Of a DNA stretch of 24,295 nt, positions 9,287 to 17,611 are shown one piece after another (position 1 is the first letter of the stretch; every line of letters begins with the position of its first letter). The stretch spans positions 1-24,295 of the IMG/VR virus record IMGVR_UViG_3300043414_000270; one strand, given 5' to 3'. A model generated the notes under the pieces. That model saw only the letters and a program-made list of their open reading frames with translations. It did no database searches and was not told the origin of the DNA. This DNA comes from a virus (Duplodnaviria; Caudoviricetes). The position numbers and the translations under genes were made by a program.

Positions 9287-10507
9287 GTGAAACTTCCCCC
9301 AAAGTTCCGCAACAGTTTAACAGTATTTTTTATTCTCTTTAACTCTATGTTCTTGTTCCCCATGATGGCAAGGGCAGAAGATGTACCAACGGTTACTACT
9401 ATTGTTACCGCAGGTGGAGATGATGTATCGTACAGAGTTCCACTACCAGTAGCAGTTGTATTTGATGGCGTTACTTATCAAGATGTATATGCCACAACCA
9501 ACTCAGTCATTACATTTGGTAGACCTGATGGTACCTACTGGGATTATCCAGTTACCCCATCTATCTCTATTCAATCCCGTGACTGGTGGGTTTTGCCTAC
9601 TCGCATGCCTGATACACATTTCATTATCAATGTAAGTGATGGTGGCTTTCAAGTAGACGGTGCATACCGTCCTTATGGAACCTATGCTGGCGATGTAACT
9701 GCCATTGTTATTACTGCACAGATTCAAACAGATGGCACCGTTGCATATACATACAATGTAGAAGGACCCTTGCTGGGTAATGAGCGCACAGGTGCGCGAT
9801 TAACAGATGGAACTATAGTAACTCTTGAGCAAGCAGATGTAATTCAGGTTGAGGTTGTTCCTGTTTTGGAACCCGAACCAGTACCACCTGCCCCTGTTCC
9901 AGAACCGCCTGTCGTAATCCCAGACCCAGTGCCAAATCCAGAACCTCAGCCTCAACCTGTGCCAGGACCCCGCCCAATGCCCGAATACGAGCCTCCAGTC
10001 CAGCCATCAGAACCCGAACCGATGCCAGAGATTCCTCCAGAGGAACCTCCTGCAGAAGAACCTCCTGCTCCTGTAACTCCTGAACCTGAGCCTGAACTTC
10101 CACCTATAGAACCAGACCCAGCACCAGAGCCAGAGCCAGAAGCACCTGCTGTAGATGAGCCAGTAGAAGAATCCACTCCATTAGAACCTCCAGTTGTAAG
10201 TGTTGAAGATGTTAACCTTGAAAGTTTAGCACCTGATACACCAGTAGAACTGGCAAACGGTGTAGTGGTTACAGCGCAAGTCGCAATGGCTGTAGAAATG
10301 TTACAAAACCCAGCAGAATTTGTACAAAATTTACTTACCGACCCAATCGCAGCATTGACTGCTCTTGGTTCAGTAGGTGCTGACCTTCCCCCAGAGGTCC
10401 GTGAAGAAGCCGAGAAGGTGGTTATTGCAGCCATCATCGCAGGCAATATCGCAACCCAAGCAGCAGCAACCGCTGCAGCATCAGCAGTGTATAGGAGAAA
10501 ACTATGA
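9287..10507 (+). CDS. Secreted/surface protein with Pro-Glu-rich linker and hydrophobic C-terminus
   Basis: Signal-peptide-like N-terminus ending ARA|ED; beta domain; about 110-aa PE-rich tract; Ala-rich hydrophobic end followed by RRKL. Confidence 0.7.
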   Translation: MKLPPKFRNSLTVFFILFNSMFLFPMMARAEDVPTVTTIVTAGGDDVSYRVPLPVAVVFDGVTYQDVYATTNSVITFGRPDGTYWDYPVTPSISIQSRDWWVLPTRMPDTHFIINVSDGGFQVDGAYRPYGTYAGDVTAIVITAQIQTDGTVAYTYNVEGPLLGNERTGARLTDGTIVTLEQADVIQVEVVPVLEPEPVPPAPVPEPPVVIPDPVPNPEPQPQPVPGPRPMPEYEPPVQPSEPEPMPEIPPEEPPAEEPPAPVTPEPEPELPPIEPDPAPEPEPEAPAVDEPVEESTPLEPPVVSVEDVNLESLAPDTPVELANGVVVTAQVAMAVEMLQNPAEFVQNLLTDPIAALTALGSVGADLPPEVREEAEKVVIAAIIAGNIATQAAATAAASAVYRRKL

Positions 10508-10671
10508 AGAACTTTCTATCTGATATTGCCAATCAACTGTGGACTCTCCTCGGCATGTTTATTGCTTGGGTAGTTCTTACTGGCTCAGCCAAGACAGTGG
10601 TTGGTTATTCAATTGTGTTAGCCATGATTGTATGGACTATCACTTTCAAACTACGCAACCCAAAGGAATAA
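10504..10671 (+). CDS. 55-aa two-TM membrane protein (MKNFLSDIANQLWTLLGMFIAWVVLTGSAKTVVGYSIVLAMIVWTITFKLRNPKE)
   Basis: Manual translation; AGGAG RBS; ATGA overlap with the upstream stop. Confidence 0.75.
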   Translation: MKNFLSDIANQLWTLLGMFIAWVVLTGSAKTVVGYSIVLAMIVWTITFKLRNPKE

Positions 10672-10674
10672 GTT

Positions 10675-11133
10675 ATGGAAAAAAGTGCCAATGGTTGGAC
10701 TGCTTCTAAAGACAAAGAAGAAATTGATATTAAACATTTCCCTGTAGAGGGCACAAAGATTAGATTGCAATGCAATGCAATTGCAGGACCAGTCTTAGCA
10801 GCCTTTGCTGCAGAGTTTCACATCAATGTTGAACCACTAGAAGAAGGTGAGTTTGATGATTGGTCATACGCATACCGTGCTATTAGAGGAGAAACTACTG
10901 GTCTTTCCAATCATAGTTCTGGTACAGCCATTGACCTTAACGCAGCCAAGCATCCGCTTGGAAAAGAAAATACTTTCACTGCAGAACAACGCAAAACACT
11001 AGATATTCTTTGCAAGAAATATGGGCTTCGCGGAGGCTATACATATAAAACTCGCAAAGATGATATGCATTTTGAAATCGTGGAAACACCTGAACAGGTA
11101 AAAGCACGAGTTATTAAAATGAAACTAAAGTAA
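10675..11133 (+). CDS. Endolysin, M15-family Zn peptidase
   Basis: R..SNHSSGTAIDLN and DDMHFE metal-binding motifs; adjacent to holin. Confidence 0.85.
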   Translation: MEKSANGWTASKDKEEIDIKHFPVEGTKIRLQCNAIAGPVLAAFAAEFHINVEPLEEGEFDDWSYAYRAIRGETTGLSNHSSGTAIDLNAAKHPLGKENTFTAEQRKTLDILCKKYGLRGGYTYKTRKDDMHFEIVETPEQVKARVIKMKLK

Positions 11134-11143
11134 AGGAACCCCA

Positions 11144-11335
11144 ATGGACAAAGAAAAAATCAAGCAGATTGCTCTAACATACCTACGCTCTGCAGCAGCA
11201 GTAGCAGCAGGATTGTATATGACTGGCGTACATGACCCAAAGACATTGGCATCAGCCTTTGTTGCAGGTCTAGTAGGACCAGCACTCAAAGCACTTGACC
11301 CATCAGCAAAAGAGTTTGGTATTACAAAGAAGTAA
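11144..11335 (+). CDS. Holin-like membrane protein
   Basis: 63 aa with two hydrophobic segments, directly after the endolysin. Confidence 0.65.
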   Translation: MDKEKIKQIALTYLRSAAAVAAGLYMTGVHDPKTLASAFVAGLVGPALKALDPSAKEFGITKK

Positions 11336-11347
11336 GTTTAAACAGAG

Positions 11348-11380
11348 AAGCCCCTCGCTTAATTGCGGGGGGCTTTTTTG
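11348..11380 (+). terminator. Intrinsic terminator between convergent genes
   Basis: AAGCCCCTCGC-TTAATT-GCGGGGGGCTT hairpin followed by a T run. Confidence 0.85.
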
Positions 11381-11382
11381 CT

Positions 11383-11883
11383 TTACTTGCCACCCTCTTT
11401 AATGTAATTCATATTTAAAAGAACTCTAATTTTTTCATTGGTATGACTGGTGCCTGAGTGTTTGTAATGAGATTCAAACTCAACTAAACGATTAGCCTTG
11501 CAATCTATTTTTGTGCCATCTTCAAAGACAGTATAACCATCAGTATCATTAAGATAAAAAATTGCAGTTGTGCAGGGAAAATTAAAATCAGTATGCCAAC
11601 CTTGCTCAACAACTTTATCCTGTCGTGTCTTAAGATTAGCCTTAATTCTTATCCATGCCTTAGGGTTAATTTTGTTAATCAATGGTTGAATAACTGCACC
11701 ATTGCTTTGCCACTGCCAAAAATTATAGAAGGTGTGCGTAAATTGAAAATGTTGATTATCTAAATCTGTTGTAATAATTTGTGGATTGTAATACCATGGA
11801 AACTCTCCACCACTTAACATAACTTCTTGTATTTTTTTTAAATCTTCTTCTGGTAAAAAATTATCTATAAGATTATATTCCAT
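11383..11883 (-). CDS. 2OG-Fe(II) oxygenase
   Basis: HxD (WHTD), TAIFYLN..DGYT.F, distal H (KHSG) and R (IRVLLN); N-terminal IDNFL. Confidence 0.85.
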   Translation of the reverse strand: MEYNLIDNFLPEEDLKKIQEVMLSGGEFPWYYNPQIITTDLDNQHFQFTHTFYNFWQWQSNGAVIQPLINKINPKAWIRIKANLKTRQDKVVEQGWHTDFNFPCTTAIFYLNDTDGYTVFEDGTKIDCKANRLVEFESHYKHSGTSHTNEKIRVLLNMNYIKEGGK

Positions 11884-12184
11884 CTCTTTGTTCCCAATCT
11901 CTATTGGCTTGAGTCTTTAATCTGTGGCAGTTAGCACACAGTGTTTGTAAGTTTATTATATCATTGTTTAAATGGTTGCCATCTATGTGGTCAACATCTA
12001 ATTGAGTGCGGTGCTTGGCAACAAACCCACACTCCTCACAATAATCCTTTTTATTCTTGTATTGACTGGAACGATATAAGTTATATTTATTTCTACAAGA
12101 CCAACCGTATTGTTTCTTCTTTAATCTTGCGGGTCCACAAACTGCACAGATACCCCATCGTTTGGCTGGGTTCTTGAGCAGCAT
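11873..12184 (-). CDS. HNH endonuclease
   Basis: CEECG...LDVDHIDGNHLNN...NLQTLCANCH; start uncertain (12184 or 12232). Confidence 0.85.
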   Translation of the reverse strand: MLLKNPAKRWGICAVCGPARLKKKQYGWSCRNKYNLYRSSQYKNKKDYCEECGFVAKHRTQLDVDHIDGNHLNNDIINLQTLCANCHRLKTQANRDWEQRDGI

Positions 12185-12200
12185 CTTGTGCTGCTGAGGC

Positions 12201-12374
12201 TTATCCGCCCGTGGAGTAGAAGCCTGTGGCATTAAACTTTACTGGGGGCGCAGTCCATACACGCTCCATCTGTGTGTGGCAGGTACACATAGGTGCATCA
12301 GACTCTGCATGTATTGAACGCTCTACTGTGTAGACAATCCCACATTGTGGACATCGGTAGTCATAACTACTCAC
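12201..12374 (-). CDS. FmdB-like Zn-ribbon protein, 57 aa (MSSYDYRCPQCG...CTCHTQMERVWTAPPVKFNATGFYSTGG)
   Basis: Manual translation, GTG start; YDYRC..C / C.C...M.R and F...GFYST motifs. Confidence 0.8.
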   Translation of the reverse strand: MSSYDYRCPQCGIVYTVERSIHAESDAPMCTCHTQMERVWTAPPVKFNATGFYSTGG

Positions 12375-12507
12375 GAGTATTAAGTAACCTACGTAATGCG
12401 TTTAAACGGGTCAAGCGGTCTATCTGTTCTGACTTCTTGCCATAATGATAAAAAAATCTTGCAATGGGAAACCAAGTAATAATCATTAAGACTATAACTG
12501 CAATCAT

Positions 12508-12732
12508 TTAAACCCTATCTAGGGGAGTAGGTGCTGTAACTAAGGCTCCACACTCAGAGCAATTGGCATCTAATGTATAAAGAGAAATTTCATAATCTTC
12601 AAAGCATGCAAGTATGTTGAATACTTTTTGCCCACAAGGGCATGCATGAGTAGGCACGCCACGGTAATCTGTTACACTGCTGGCTTGCTCCGCTCGGCTT
12701 AGCAGCCTCGCTATTACACCCTTGCTTCGCAC
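12508..12732 (-). CDS. Small Zn-finger protein
   Basis: CPCG and CSECG pairs; transcribed away from the replication module. Confidence 0.65.
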   Translation of the reverse strand: MRSKGVIARLLSRAEQASSVTDYRGVPTHACPCGQKVFNILACFEDYEISLYTLDANCSECGALVTAPTPLDRV

Positions 12733-12751
12733 GAACAGCAGTCTAATAACT

Positions 12752-12838
12752 GTTTAAACAAATTACAAGTTTGTAATTCCTTGGGCGTGTCGCCAGATAG
12801 AGCAGACATTGTGTAGTAATCTCCTCTATTGAAGGAGA
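12752..12838. promoter_or_regulatory. Divergent promoter region with operator-like inverted repeat
   Basis: GTTTAAAC 12752-59; AATTACAA-GT-TTGTAATT 12761-78; GGCGTGTCG 12784-92; candidate -10 TAATCT 12817-22; RBS AAGGAG. Confidence 0.5.
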
Positions 12839-12841
12839 AAT

Positions 12842-13696
12842 ATGACACTTGAATCAGTAACAGGTAAGAATTATGTTAGCCACTCTGCCCTAAATACATG
12901 GCTCAGTTGTGGTTGGCAATTTTACTTATCACGGATAAAGCATGTTCCCGAAGCACCATCATATTGGTTTGCAGGTGGTAGTGCAGTGCATGAAAGCACT
13001 GAACTCTATGACCGTTTGTACTTTGGTACAGATAAAGAACCAACTTTTTCATCTACCGATGCTTTTGTTGAAGCGTGGGACCGTAACTTTAAGGCTGCAG
13101 ATAATGGCATGCCATGGAGAGCAGGCGGAAAACAAAGCAAGGCATATCCAAACAAAGAAGATGCTGCTTGGTGGATGGAAAAAGGTCCAAAGATGGTTGA
13201 CTTTTGGATGCAGTTTCGTCAAGACAGTGGTTGGTCGTTATGGAAAACACCTGCTGGTGAACTAGCCATTGAAACAGAACTTAATCAGGAAGTTGGGGGC
13301 GTACCTATTCGTGCGTTTCTTGACCGACTAATGGTTGCACCCACTGGTGAGTTAGTAATCGTGGATATAAAGACAGGTTCTAAAGAACCAGCCTCGCTTA
13401 CTCAACTTGGTATCTATGCAATTCTTGTAGAGAAAACTTTTGGTGTTCGTCCTACCCTTGGTTCATACTTTATGACACGTACAGGTGAATTAAGTATGCC
13501 TCAAAATCTTGACCGTTATACCGAGGCTCGCCTTGGTTCATGGGCTAAAGGTTTTGAATTAGCCATTGAAAATAAAATCTTTATCCCAGCACCAGGATTT
13601 ATGTGTGGCACATGTTCTGTTAACAGTTCATGCTACGCTGTTGGCGGTAAAGACTCTCACCTCTACCCTGAAATAACAATAGGAGAAAATAAATGA
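12842..13696 (+). CDS. PD-(D/E)XK RecB/Cas4-like exonuclease
   Basis: SHSAL..W..C, GSAVH, E..., FLDRL, IVDIKTG, QLGIYA and C-terminal C..C.....C. Confidence 0.85.
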   Translation: MTLESVTGKNYVSHSALNTWLSCGWQFYLSRIKHVPEAPSYWFAGGSAVHESTELYDRLYFGTDKEPTFSSTDAFVEAWDRNFKAADNGMPWRAGGKQSKAYPNKEDAAWWMEKGPKMVDFWMQFRQDSGWSLWKTPAGELAIETELNQEVGGVPIRAFLDRLMVAPTGELVIVDIKTGSKEPASLTQLGIYAILVEKTFGVRPTLGSYFMTRTGELSMPQNLDRYTEARLGSWAKGFELAIENKIFIPAPGFMCGTCSVNSSCYAVGGKDSHLYPEITIGENK

Positions 13697-14091
13697 GCAC
13701 AACGGAAGCAGCATTTCAAATTAACTTCAAGACAAAAAGAGATGGCATGTTAATTAACCTTCGTGCCAACGATGCTCTTGAACTTGATGGTTTGTTAGAT
13801 GCAATTACACAACGTATATCTACATTGATTGACCTTGAACAAACAGTTGAATCAATGGCTACACCTACACAATCAGCAGCAGTTGCTGCAGTTACTGCTG
13901 CGTTTCCACACGCAACACCAGTGGCAGGTTACAAGCCAGCAGGTGGACCAGCACCTGAGTGTGCATGCGGTGGTGGAACAATGCGTTTGGTGCCAGCAGG
14001 TATTGCAAAGGCAACTGGTCGTCCGTATAAGGGCTTCTATGCTTGCCCTAAGCCACAGGGACAGGCTTGCAATAACAAGGTACCTGCATAA
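13693..14091 (+). CDS. Hypothetical protein with C-terminal Zn finger
   Basis: CAC.GG.M...G.PYKGFYACP....C; ATGA overlap with the upstream gene. Confidence 0.7.
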   Translation: MSTTEAAFQINFKTKRDGMLINLRANDALELDGLLDAITQRISTLIDLEQTVESMATPTQSAAVAAVTAAFPHATPVAGYKPAGGPAPECACGGGTMRLVPAGIAKATGRPYKGFYACPKPQGQACNNKVPA

Positions 14092-14094
14092 AAC

Positions 14095-14892
14095 ATGCAT
14101 CTACTTAGCCGTGCTATTAAAACAGCATCACAAGGGGGTGCCACGCTTCCTGTTGTGTGGCACTCACTTGCTGCACAACAAATAGCAATCCGTTACGGCG
14201 AAGTAAGCATGATTGCTGGACCGCCAGGGGCAGGCAAGTCAACGCTTGCTCTGTCTTTGGCGGTTAAAGCAAAGGTGCCTACTCTTTATATCTCTGCGGA
14301 TACTCACTCTCATACCATGAGTTTACGTTTGCTTGCTCTGCTTACTGGCAGACATCAATCAGATGTTGAACCACTTATGGAATCAGATAGGGATTGGGCA
14401 GCACAAATGCTTAAACCTGCTGACCACATTATGTGGGAGTTTGATTCATCACCATCGCTAAAAGATATTGAAGATGCCGTACTTGCAGCACGTGAACGCT
14501 TGGGTGAAGATGTGCGTTTAGTTGTATTAGACAACGCAGTTGATGTATCTATGGATTCACAAGATGAGTGGGGTGGGTTGCGCACGCTTATGAAAGAACT
14601 TAAATGGTGGGCTAGAGAAACTGGAGCAGCAGTAGTTGTGTGTCACCACACCAGCGAAGGCGTTCCTGGAAATCCATGTCCTCCACAAAAGGCACTGCAT
14701 GGAAAGGTAGCGCAGACCCCTTCGTTAATCCTTACTGTTCACAATCAAATTTCTACAATGGGTGTGTGTGCAGTAAAAAACCGTTATGGTCCAGCCGATG
14801 CTACTGGTGGTACACCAGTGTGGTTGTCTTACGAGCCAGCATCAATGCAAGTATTAGATGTTGTTTCTTACGAAGCAACACAGTTATTTTAA
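14095..14892 (+). CDS. DnaB/RecA-fold helicase-like ATPase
   Basis: Walker A GPPGAGKS, Walker B LVVLD, VVVCHH and KNRYGP motifs. Confidence 0.85.
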   Translation: MHLLSRAIKTASQGGATLPVVWHSLAAQQIAIRYGEVSMIAGPPGAGKSTLALSLAVKAKVPTLYISADTHSHTMSLRLLALLTGRHQSDVEPLMESDRDWAAQMLKPADHIMWEFDSSPSLKDIEDAVLAARERLGEDVRLVVLDNAVDVSMDSQDEWGGLRTLMKELKWWARETGAAVVVCHHTSEGVPGNPCPPQKALHGKVAQTPSLILTVHNQISTMGVCAVKNRYGPADATGGTPVWLSYEPASMQVLDVVSYEATQLF

Positions 14893-15002
14893 TACGTACA
14901 CCTTTGATTGGAGGAAACTTGTTTGGAAGAATAAAGAAACTAATTGGTTCAAAGATATTACGGATGAGAAATACGCAAACTACTTCGCATACGGATATGT
15001 TT

Positions 15003-15335
15003 ATGGACAAGCACGAGATGGAAAAGATATTAGTAAAGTTGAATTTACCTCAGGAACTACGGGAAACAATACTGACCGAACTCCCTCCTCTCTTTGAGAG
15101 GTTGGATGATATGGCTAAGAAAGCATACGACCCTACGCAAGTATGGTTAGAGTCAATACAATTTGCTGATTATGTAACACAAATAGGTGAACACATACAA
15201 TCGTGTGATTCAGAAATTTGCATAGATGAAGTATCTGAACAACTGATTAACATGTCTAACTCGTTTAAACAAATGGGTGAGAACGCACTTACACTGCTTG
15301 ATGAAATGGAAAAGGAATCAGATGGCGAACAGTAA
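15003..15335 (+). CDS. Hypothetical acidic helical protein
   Basis: 3' part of ORF 14640..15335; start 15003 or 15018 uncertain; overlaps the next start. Confidence 0.6.
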   Translation: MDKHEMEKILVKLNLPQELRETILTELPPLFERLDDMAKKAYDPTQVWLESIQFADYVTQIGEHIQSCDSEICIDEVSEQLINMSNSFKQMGENALTLLDEMEKESDGEQ

Positions 15336-16053
15336 TCAAGAAACTTTATCTATTGGCTGGTGTGATAATGGCATGGTAGATGGCAAGTTTGCCGAAGGTC
15401 TTATGTATACAACGGTGACTGCACCTACTCACAAGATGGCGGTTAACAATGCCTTGCGTGTTCAAGGTAATCAGATAGGAAGGCAACGCCAAGCGCTGCT
15501 TGATATGTGGTACGACAAAGTAAAGACAGACTGGTTGTTATGGGTTGACTCTGACATTGTGCTTACCACCGAGGTGCTTGCCATGCTATGGAAAATAGCC
15601 GATAAAAATACCAAGCCAGTTGTATGTGGTACTTACTTTATCTCCAAGCAAATGGAGTCATCGCTGATGCAACCTATGCCTGCTTTGTTTACCGAGGTGA
15701 GTGAGTTTGAAATCAAATATCTACACCCACTACCTAAGGATGAAGTAGTCAAGGTTGATTGCGCTGGCTTAGGTCTTACTCTTATGCACCGCAGCGTTGT
15801 TCCTAAGTTGCGTGCCATCTCGCCTGACTACTCGGTCTTTGCTGAGAAGGAAGGGCTAGGAGATAAATATATTGGCGAGGACATTGTGTTCTTTCGTAAC
15901 CTAAAGAAGGCAGGTGTTGATGTGTATGCACACACAGGTGCCATTGTTAAACACATGAAACGCTTTTCTTATGATGAGAATTATTATGCATTGTATTGGC
16001 AAGCAGCAGCAGTAGCAGAAAGGCAGACAAATGGTGACACAACAAAAGAGTAA
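15322..16053 (+). CDS. GT-A fold glycosyltransferase-like protein
   Basis: WLLWVDSDIV (DxD), GLGLTLMHRSV, GEDIVFF and H.K motifs; RBS AAGGA. Confidence 0.75.
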   Translation: MANSNQETLSIGWCDNGMVDGKFAEGLMYTTVTAPTHKMAVNNALRVQGNQIGRQRQALLDMWYDKVKTDWLLWVDSDIVLTTEVLAMLWKIADKNTKPVVCGTYFISKQMESSLMQPMPALFTEVSEFEIKYLHPLPKDEVVKVDCAGLGLTLMHRSVVPKLRAISPDYSVFAEKEGLGDKYIGEDIVFFRNLKKAGVDVYAHTGAIVKHMKRFSYDENYYALYWQAAAVAERQTNGDTTKE

Positions 16054-16396
16054 CAAGCGTAGAGGCGCAGCCTTTGAGATTGACTTGGCTGATTGGTTTG
16101 TTGAGGGTGAACATGATGCTCAACGCTTACCTCGTGCTGGTCGCAACGACATAGGTGATGTCTTTCTTAGAACAGTCAACGATTTGTATGTGATTGAGGC
16201 TAAGGCACCACGGCGCGATGGCAAGATAGATTTATCAGGTTGGATTCGTGAGGCTCAACTTGAAGCAGAGAACTATCGCATCGCTAAAAAGTTAAAGATA
16301 GCACCAACTGCTTTGGTTATTATCAAAGCATCTAACAAGGGTATTGAGGAGGCTTACGTAGTTCAAAGGCTGAGTGATGCTCTTGCAAAACTCTAA
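16031..16396 (+). CDS. Holliday junction resolvase (PD-(D/E)XK type)
   Basis: KRRGAAFE, D.GD and VIEAK motifs. Confidence 0.75.
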   Translation: MVTQQKSNKRRGAAFEIDLADWFVEGEHDAQRLPRAGRNDIGDVFLRTVNDLYVIEAKAPRRDGKIDLSGWIREAQLEAENYRIAKKLKIAPTALVIIKASNKGIEEAYVVQRLSDALAKL

Positions 16397-16754
16397 ACAT
16401 GACTTGGGAAAAGTATTAGAACACTATGGTTTTACTATCCCTACTACTAGCACCACTTGGCTTACTGTTCGTTGTGCTTTTCACGGCGATAAAGTTAAAT
16501 CTGCTCGTGTAAATTTAAACAATGGTGGCTTTCGTTGCTTTGGTTGCGACATGGCTGGCGATGTTTATTCAATTATTATGAAAAAGGAAGGTGTTGGTTT
16601 CAATGAGGCTAAGCAAATCGCAGAGAGAATTACTGGAGAAAGCAACGGAGAATTACGCAACAAATCTAACAGAAATTCTTCCGTATCTAACGAGCAGAGG
16701 TATCACAGAACAGACAGCACGTACGTTTCGCCTCGGCTACGTAAGAGAGCCTGA
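16377..16754 (+). CDS. DNA primase zinc-binding (CHC2) domain protein
   Basis: CAFHGD...SA.V......FRCFGC...GD. Confidence 0.8.
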   Translation: MLLQNSKHDLGKVLEHYGFTIPTTSTTWLTVRCAFHGDKVKSARVNLNNGGFRCFGCDMAGDVYSIIMKKEGVGFNEAKQIAERITGESNGELRNKSNRNSSVSNEQRYHRTDSTYVSPRLRKRA

Positions 16755-17220
16755 GATTGGACACGAACCTTACCTTGGCAAGTTAGCAATCCCATACCTC
16801 ACACCATCGGGTGTGATTGATATTCGTTTTCGTAGTTTAAACAACGATGCGGGTCCAAAATATCTAAGCAGACCAGGTGCTAACACTCACATCTTTAATG
16901 TTCAAGCGCTCAATAATGATTCTGATTTTCTTGCAATATGTGAAGGTGAATTAGATACCATTGTTGCAACACAGGCTGGCTTTAATGCAGTCGGTTTGCC
17001 TGGTGCTAACAACTGGAAATCTTTTTATGGGCGTGTGCTTGCTGATTGGGCAAAGGTAATACTGTTATGCGATGGCGATAATGCTGGTCGTGAAATGGCT
17101 AAGAATCTAAGTAGAGAAATAGACAATGTGTTTCCCGTGTTCATGCCTGAGGGTCAGGATGTAAATGATGTCTACCTATCCGAAGGGGCAGAGGGTCTGC
17201 GCAAACGCGCAGGTGTTTAA
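16603..17220 (+). CDS. DNA primase catalytic (Toprim) subunit
   Basis: YL.SRGI, PKYL, ICEGELD, DGDNAG and DVND motifs; AAGGAAGG upstream of ATG 16603. Confidence 0.85.
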   Translation: MRLSKSQRELLEKATENYATNLTEILPYLTSRGITEQTARTFRLGYVREPEIGHEPYLGKLAIPYLTPSGVIDIRFRSLNNDAGPKYLSRPGANTHIFNVQALNNDSDFLAICEGELDTIVATQAGFNAVGLPGANNWKSFYGRVLADWAKVILLCDGDNAGREMAKNLSREIDNVFPVFMPEGQDVNDVYLSEGAEGLRKRAGV

Positions 17221-17224
17221 ACAC

Positions 17225-17611
17225 ATGATGGTAAACAAATCTTCGTTTGATTTGGATTTTGGATATGGCAGGAAAGGTGAGCAGTTAGTTGAGGAACTGC
17301 TAACTGGTGGTAAGACAGTTGAAGTAAAGCGTGACCGTAAGTGGATAATAACTAACAACCTGTATGTTGAAACTGAGTGCTTCTTTAAAAAAAGAAATGC
17401 AGTAGCACCGTCAGGTTTGTCTGTAACTGAGGCTGCTTACTGGGCGTTCGTGCTTGAAGGCAGTACCCTTATCGTACCAACGGATGCACTGCGCTATGCA
17501 GTTGCTAACTTTGGCAGAGAAATTACTTGCGAGATACCACCCAACACAAGCAAGGGTTATCTCATAACAGTAGATGATTTAATGACGGCGACAAGGAAGT
17601 ATAACAAGTGA
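17225..17611 (+). CDS. Hypothetical PD-(D/E)XK-like protein
   Basis: FDLD..YG..GE, TVEVKRD, NLYVE; start at ATG 17225 or 17228. Confidence 0.6.
   Translation: MMVNKSSFDLDFGYGRKGEQLVEELLTGGKTVEVKRDRKWIITNNLYVETECFFKKRNAVAPSGLSVTEAAYWAFVLEGSTLIVPTDALRYAVANFGREITCEIPPNTSKGYLITVDDLMTATRKYNK

Noticed and set aside
9813-10446. Gly/Ser-rich and Gln/Leu-rich minus-strand ORFs
   Set aside because: Antisense shadows of the Pro/Glu tract
12842-13696. Cas4 as evidence of a CRISPR system
   Set aside because: Solo RecB/Cas4-like exonucleases are common in phage replication modules; no other cas genes or array are present
14640-15002. Long N-terminal extension of ORF 14640..15335
   Set aside because: It overlaps the helicase by about 250 nt and has non-protein-like composition
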